Positions 60,865-64,000 of a stretch of 64,000 bases of DNA are shown one piece after another (positions within the stretch are counted from its first letter, which is position 1; each line of letters opens with the position of its first letter). Below the pieces are notes generated by a model. That model saw only the letters and a list, made by a program, of their open reading frames with translations. It did not search any database and was not told the DNA's origin. The stretch lies in assembly GCF_025370715.1 (NCBI RefSeq), contig NZ_JAMXEY010000002.1. One strand, written 5' to 3'. This DNA is from Laspinema olomoucense D3d (GTDB lineage: Bacteria; Cyanobacteriota; Cyanobacteriia; Cyanobacteriales; Laspinemataceae). The position numbers and the translations under genes were made by a program.

Positions 60865-61095
60865 ATGGAGTATCAGGACTGCTATATGCAGCCAATTTCC
60901 CAGTCGTATCCGCAACAGCAAAAGTTTACGGCAAATGCTGCCTATGAATTGCGATCGCCTCTAGCAAGTCTGTTAGCGACGGTAGAGATAATTTTACGAT
61001 TACCCCCCTCAAATCAGTGGGACATTCTCCTGCTGCTGCAAACCGTGGAGAGGCAGGGACGTCGCTTGAGTCATCTAATTTCTGATTTACTCTAG
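60865..61095 (+). pseudogene. Remnant of a histidine kinase (HisKA H-box fragment only)
   Basis: Translation ...FTANAAYELRSPLASLLATVEIIL...LISDLL* is a dimerisation/H-box region with no upstream sensor or downstream ATPase. The downstream frame shows a partial duplicate (LISDLTEFLELALIAQLH) and then stops. A MITE copy lies immediately upstream. Confidence 0.5.
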
Positions 61096-61413
61096 TTAAC
61101 CAGTTTAAAGCAAAATTCATCCCCAACCCCTTTTAAATCCTGCTGTTTAAATAATTTAATCAGTGATTTGACGGAATTTTTAGAGTTAGCGCTGATTGCT
61201 CAACTGCATCGGGTGAGTCATATTCCCGAGGCTGAAATTTATGTGTTAGGACATCACAGAAGGCAAGAGGGGGGAGAGATGTCCCCTTGTGGTCGCCCTC
61301 TTGGGCTAATCGTATCAATGGCTACTTTTTTTCTACTATTTAATGCATCCTTTTCACACAGATGCAAGTTACGCATGACTTAAATGCATAAATCAAAAAA
61401 AAGTCTAAAAATT

Positions 61414-61427
61414 GTAATTTCCGATAC
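61414..61427 (+). promoter_or_regulatory. Candidate NtcA-binding site (GTA-N8-TAC) upstream of the ABC-transporter operon
   Basis: GTAATTTCCGATAC is an exact GTAN8TAC. A -10-like hexamer (ATATTC/CATATT) sits about 17-22 bp downstream, the spacing of NtcA-activated promoters. It is ~120 bp upstream of ATG 61550. Confidence 0.5.
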
Positions 61428-61549
61428 ATAAACCCCTTGTCATATTCCTTAACTTGTGTGCACAACGTCAAACAAACCCTCTGCTCTCTCTCACCACTTA
61501 TCCCCCGCAATTAAATACTCAAACCCCACTGTTAATTCCTAACTGAAAA

Positions 61550-62848
61550 ATGCCCCGATTTAACCGTCGCCAATTCCTGATTACAGCCGTTGCAGCAACG
61601 GCGGGAACTTTGTTCCTGCATAGCTGCGGACAGAATAATGACCAAGCCCAAGTTGAGGTTGAAATTGACCCCGCTGATGCCCCAGAAACCCCAACAGTAC
61701 GACTAGGATTTATTGCCCTAACGGACTCCGCCCCCCTAATTATTGCCAAGGAAAAAGGCTTTTTTACTAAGTATGGGATGACAGAGGTCTCCCTTGAAAA
61801 ACAAGCCTCCTGGGGAACAACCCGTGACAATTTAGTCCTCGGTTCTAAGGGGGGAGGCATTGATGGTGCCCACATTCTCACCCCCATGCCTTACCTATTA
61901 TCGGAAGGAATTGTCACCGATGGACGTCCGGTGCCGATGTATATTTTGGCGCGTCTGAATGTGAACGGTCAGGGGATTTGTCTCTCCAAGGACTACCTCG
62001 ATTTAGAGGTGGGAGTGGACAGTAGCCCCCTCAAAGAACGATTTGCTGAACGACGGGCCGCCGGTGCAGACTTACGGGCCGCCATGACCTTTCCCGGGGG
62101 AACCCATGACTGCTGGATTCGCTACTGGCTAGCAGCGGGAGGCATTGACCCCGACCAAGATATCTCAACCATTGTCGTCCCACCCCCGCAGATGGTGGCG
62201 AATATGCGGGTGGGCAACATGGATGCTTTCTGTGTCGGGGAACCCTGGCCCCTGCAATTGGTGAACCAAGAGATTGGCTACAACGCCTTAACCACAGGGC
62301 AACTCTGGCAAGACCATCCCGAGAAGTCTTTCGGAATGCGGGCAGATTGGGTTGACCAAAATCCCAAAGCGGCCCGGGCCCTTTTGATGGCAACCCTAGA
62401 GGCCCAAATCTGGTGTAGCCAACCGGAGAATGTGGAGGAGATGTGTCAGATTCTCTCCCGCAGGTCTTGGTTTAATGTCCCCTTTGAGGACATTATCGAT
62501 CGCTCTCGGGGCATCTACAACGATGGCATCCGTGAGCCGAAAGAACAGCCGCAGTTGATGCAGAAATATTGGCTGGATAATGCCTCCTATCCCTTCAAGA
62601 GTCATGAACTCTGGTTCCTCACGGAAAATATCCGGTGGGGTTATCTCCCACCAGATGCGGATATTCAGGGCATGGTGAACCGAGTCAATCGGGACGACCT
62701 CTGGCAAGAAGCGGCAGATGCTATTGGTCAGGGAAGCATGATTCCTAAAAGTTCTTCCCGTGGACCTGAAACCTTCTTTGATGGCAAAGTCTTTGACCCA
62801 GAAAAACCCCTAGATTACCTCAAGAGTTTAGAGATTACCCGAATTTAG
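61550..62848 (+). CDS. nrtA: Periplasmic substrate-binding lipoprotein of a nitrate/bicarbonate/cyanate (NrtA/CmpA/CynA-family) ABC transporter, with a Tat signal
   Basis: Tat/lipobox MPRFNRRQFLITAVAATAGTLFLHSCG. NrtA-family blocks VRLGFIALTDSAPLIIAKEKGFF and GGIDGAHILTPMPYL. Followed by a cognate permease and ATPase. The symbol is tentative: cmpA or cynA cannot be excluded. Confidence 0.8.
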   Translation: MPRFNRRQFLITAVAATAGTLFLHSCGQNNDQAQVEVEIDPADAPETPTVRLGFIALTDSAPLIIAKEKGFFTKYGMTEVSLEKQASWGTTRDNLVLGSKGGGIDGAHILTPMPYLLSEGIVTDGRPVPMYILARLNVNGQGICLSKDYLDLEVGVDSSPLKERFAERRAAGADLRAAMTFPGGTHDCWIRYWLAAGGIDPDQDISTIVVPPPQMVANMRVGNMDAFCVGEPWPLQLVNQEIGYNALTTGQLWQDHPEKSFGMRADWVDQNPKAARALLMATLEAQIWCSQPENVEEMCQILSRRSWFNVPFEDIIDRSRGIYNDGIREPKEQPQLMQKYWLDNASYPFKSHELWFLTENIRWGYLPPDADIQGMVNRVNRDDLWQEAADAIGQGSMIPKSSSRGPETFFDGKVFDPEKPLDYLKSLEITRI

Positions 62849-62874
62849 GTTCAGCCCCACAAGAGGGCGCGCCA

Positions 62875-62940
62875 CTTCCCCATCTTCCCCATCTTCCCCA
62901 TCTTCCCCATCTCCCCCATCTTCCCTATTCCCTTCTCCCC
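62875..62940 (+). repeat. 10-bp tandem repeat (CCCCATCTTC-like, about 6 units) in the nrtA-nrtB intergenic spacer
   Basis: ttccccatcttccccatcttccccatcttccccatctcccccatcttccctattcccttctcccc. Confidence 0.75.
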
Positions 62941-62950
62941 CATAAAAACC

Positions 62951-63787
62951 ATGACTTCACCAACCTATCCCCGACGCAAAAAGTTCCGATTTATACCCCA
63001 ACAGTGGTTTAAAGCCGCTCTCAAGAAGGGGAAAGAGCTTATCCCTTCTACGGTTGCTATTCTGATTTTTCTAGTCATTTGGCAGGCGTTTACATCGGTT
63101 TCGGATTCGACTCTGCCTGGTCCGATTCGCACTGTCTCAGAAACCTGGGAATTGATTATTAACCCGTTCTTTGATCATGGTGGAATCGACAAAGGTCTAT
63201 TTTGGCAAATTTTGACCAGTTTACAACGGGTTGCATTAGGATTCTCCCTGGCGGTCATTGTAGGGGTTTCTTTAGGAATTTTAGTGGGGACAAACCGATT
63301 GATGTATCGGGCATTAGACCCCATTTTTCAAATCCTGAGAACCATTCCCCCGTTGGCTTGGCTGCCGATTTCCCTGGCGGGTTTTGAACGGGCGAATCCT
63401 TCTGCGATTTTTGTAATTTTTATTACAGCAATTTGGCCGATTATTATCAATACTACGGAGGGAGTGCTGCAAATTCCTCAAGATTATAATAATGTGTCGC
63501 GAGTGCTACGACTCGATCGCAAAACCTACTTCTTCAAAATCCTCTTTCCGGCAACGGTTCCCTATATCTTTACCGGGCTAAAAATTGGCATTGGTCTATC
63601 TTGGCTAGCAATTATTGCAGCAGAAATGTTGATTGGCGGTGTGGGGATTGGCTTCTTTATCTGGGATGCCTGGAATAGTTCCCGCATGAGTGACATTATC
63701 CTGGCCGTAATTTGTGTAGGAATTGTGGGACTACTTCTGGATAAGTTGATTAGTTTCTTGGCGAGTTTGGTCGTGTCTGAAGACTAG
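62951..63787 (+). CDS. nrtB: ABC transporter permease (NrtB/CmpB/CynB family)
   Basis: Six TM helices. The EAA-like loop motif AAEMLIGGVGIGFFIWDA and ILRTIPPLAWLPISLAGFE match NrtB-type permeases. Confidence 0.85.
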   Translation: MTSPTYPRRKKFRFIPQQWFKAALKKGKELIPSTVAILIFLVIWQAFTSVSDSTLPGPIRTVSETWELIINPFFDHGGIDKGLFWQILTSLQRVALGFSLAVIVGVSLGILVGTNRLMYRALDPIFQILRTIPPLAWLPISLAGFERANPSAIFVIFITAIWPIIINTTEGVLQIPQDYNNVSRVLRLDRKTYFFKILFPATVPYIFTGLKIGIGLSWLAIIAAEMLIGGVGIGFFIWDAWNSSRMSDIILAVICVGIVGLLLDKLISFLASLVVSED

Positions 63788-63847
63788 GCTCAGTAATGGG
63801 GGGTCTTCTTTTCTTCTTTTGTTGTCCTCTACTCCTGCTTAACGTCC

Positions 63848-64000
63848 ATGTCTATTTTTGCTGAAGTTGACCATATCGAACGAGTCTTTAATCTCCCCAA
63901 TGGAGGCACTTATGTTGCTCTGAGTAACATTGAACTCAAGATTCGTAAAGGTGAATTTATCTCCTTAGTGGGTCATTCGGGCTGTGGTAAATCAACCCTC
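63848..64000 (+). CDS. ABC transporter ATP-binding subunit (NrtD/CmpD-like), 5' partial at the window edge
   Basis: MSIFAEVDHIERVFNLPNGGTYVALSNIELKIRKGEFISLVGHSGCGKSTL contains the Walker A GHSGCGKST. Confidence 0.8.
   Translation, partial: MSIFAEVDHIERVFNLPNGGTYVALSNIELKIRKGEFISLVGHSGCGKSTL

Noticed and set aside
61168-61383. A 71-aa ORF downstream of the HK fragment
   Set aside because: It is probably the out-of-frame continuation of the decayed kinase gene, partially duplicating the LISDL segment, rather than an independent gene.
1-64000. A search for CRISPR arrays, rRNA and integrase/transposase genes
   Set aside because: No evenly spaced direct repeats of 28-37 bp, no 16S/23S/5S signatures and no recombinase-like ORFs were seen. 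The only repeat arrays are the two short tandem repeats and the MITE-like family reported above.

Overview
This window is a cyanobacterial chromosomal segment. The octamer GCGATCGC (HIP1) recurs dozens of times, inside and between genes. GC content is about 47-48% and coding is dense on both strands.

Gene content, in order:
- 1-10.5 kb: a 2389-aa multi-sensor hybrid histidine kinase (Cache/CHASE-like sensor, HAMP, ~10 PAS/PAC, GAF, HisKA, HATPase, REC, Hpt-like tail), then a 700-aa REC-HisKA-HATPase-REC hybrid kinase.
- 10.7-13.1 kb: a codA-like cytosine deaminase with an upstream 10-TM transporter.
- 13.4-15.6 kb: a pentapeptide-repeat protein and a TPR protein.
- 16-27.6 kb: DUF4278 protein, nadA, TerB-like protein, M61 peptidase with PDZ, Crp-family regulator, Mn-catalase, DsbA-like protein with a C-terminal wHTH-like tail, and a coiled-coil-containing metallophosphoesterase.
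- 27.65-29.77 kb: a ~2.1 kb stretch with no credible gene.
- 29.8-46.5 kb: a ~17 kb Wzx/Wzy-dependent polysaccharide (EPS/O-antigen type) island with 3 GT4 and 2 GT2 glycosyltransferases, Wzx flippase, Wzy-like polymerase, one intact and one truncated Wzz/PCP-like protein, a membrane-anchored BNR/Asp-box beta-propeller, and a 500-aa unknown protein carrying a DGxHR-like motif.
- 46.6-64 kb: a RarA/MgsA AAA+ ATPase with a 300-aa methyltransferase-like C-terminal extension, a CBS-PAS-GAF-GGDEF diguanylate cyclase, a divergent HxlR regulator/pirin pair, an RND pump with its membrane fusion protein, a decayed histidine-kinase remnant, and an nrtA/cmpA/cynA-type ABC transporter operon (substrate-binding protein, permease, partial ATPase) preceded by a canonical NtcA box.

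Non-genic structure: a ~125-bp MITE-like element family with 15-bp terminal inverted repeats in at least five copies, two short tandem-repeat arrays, and a bidirectional rho-independent terminator. I found no rRNA, tRNA or CRISPR array.

All calls rest on reading the ORF translations for family-specific motifs. No database search was possible.
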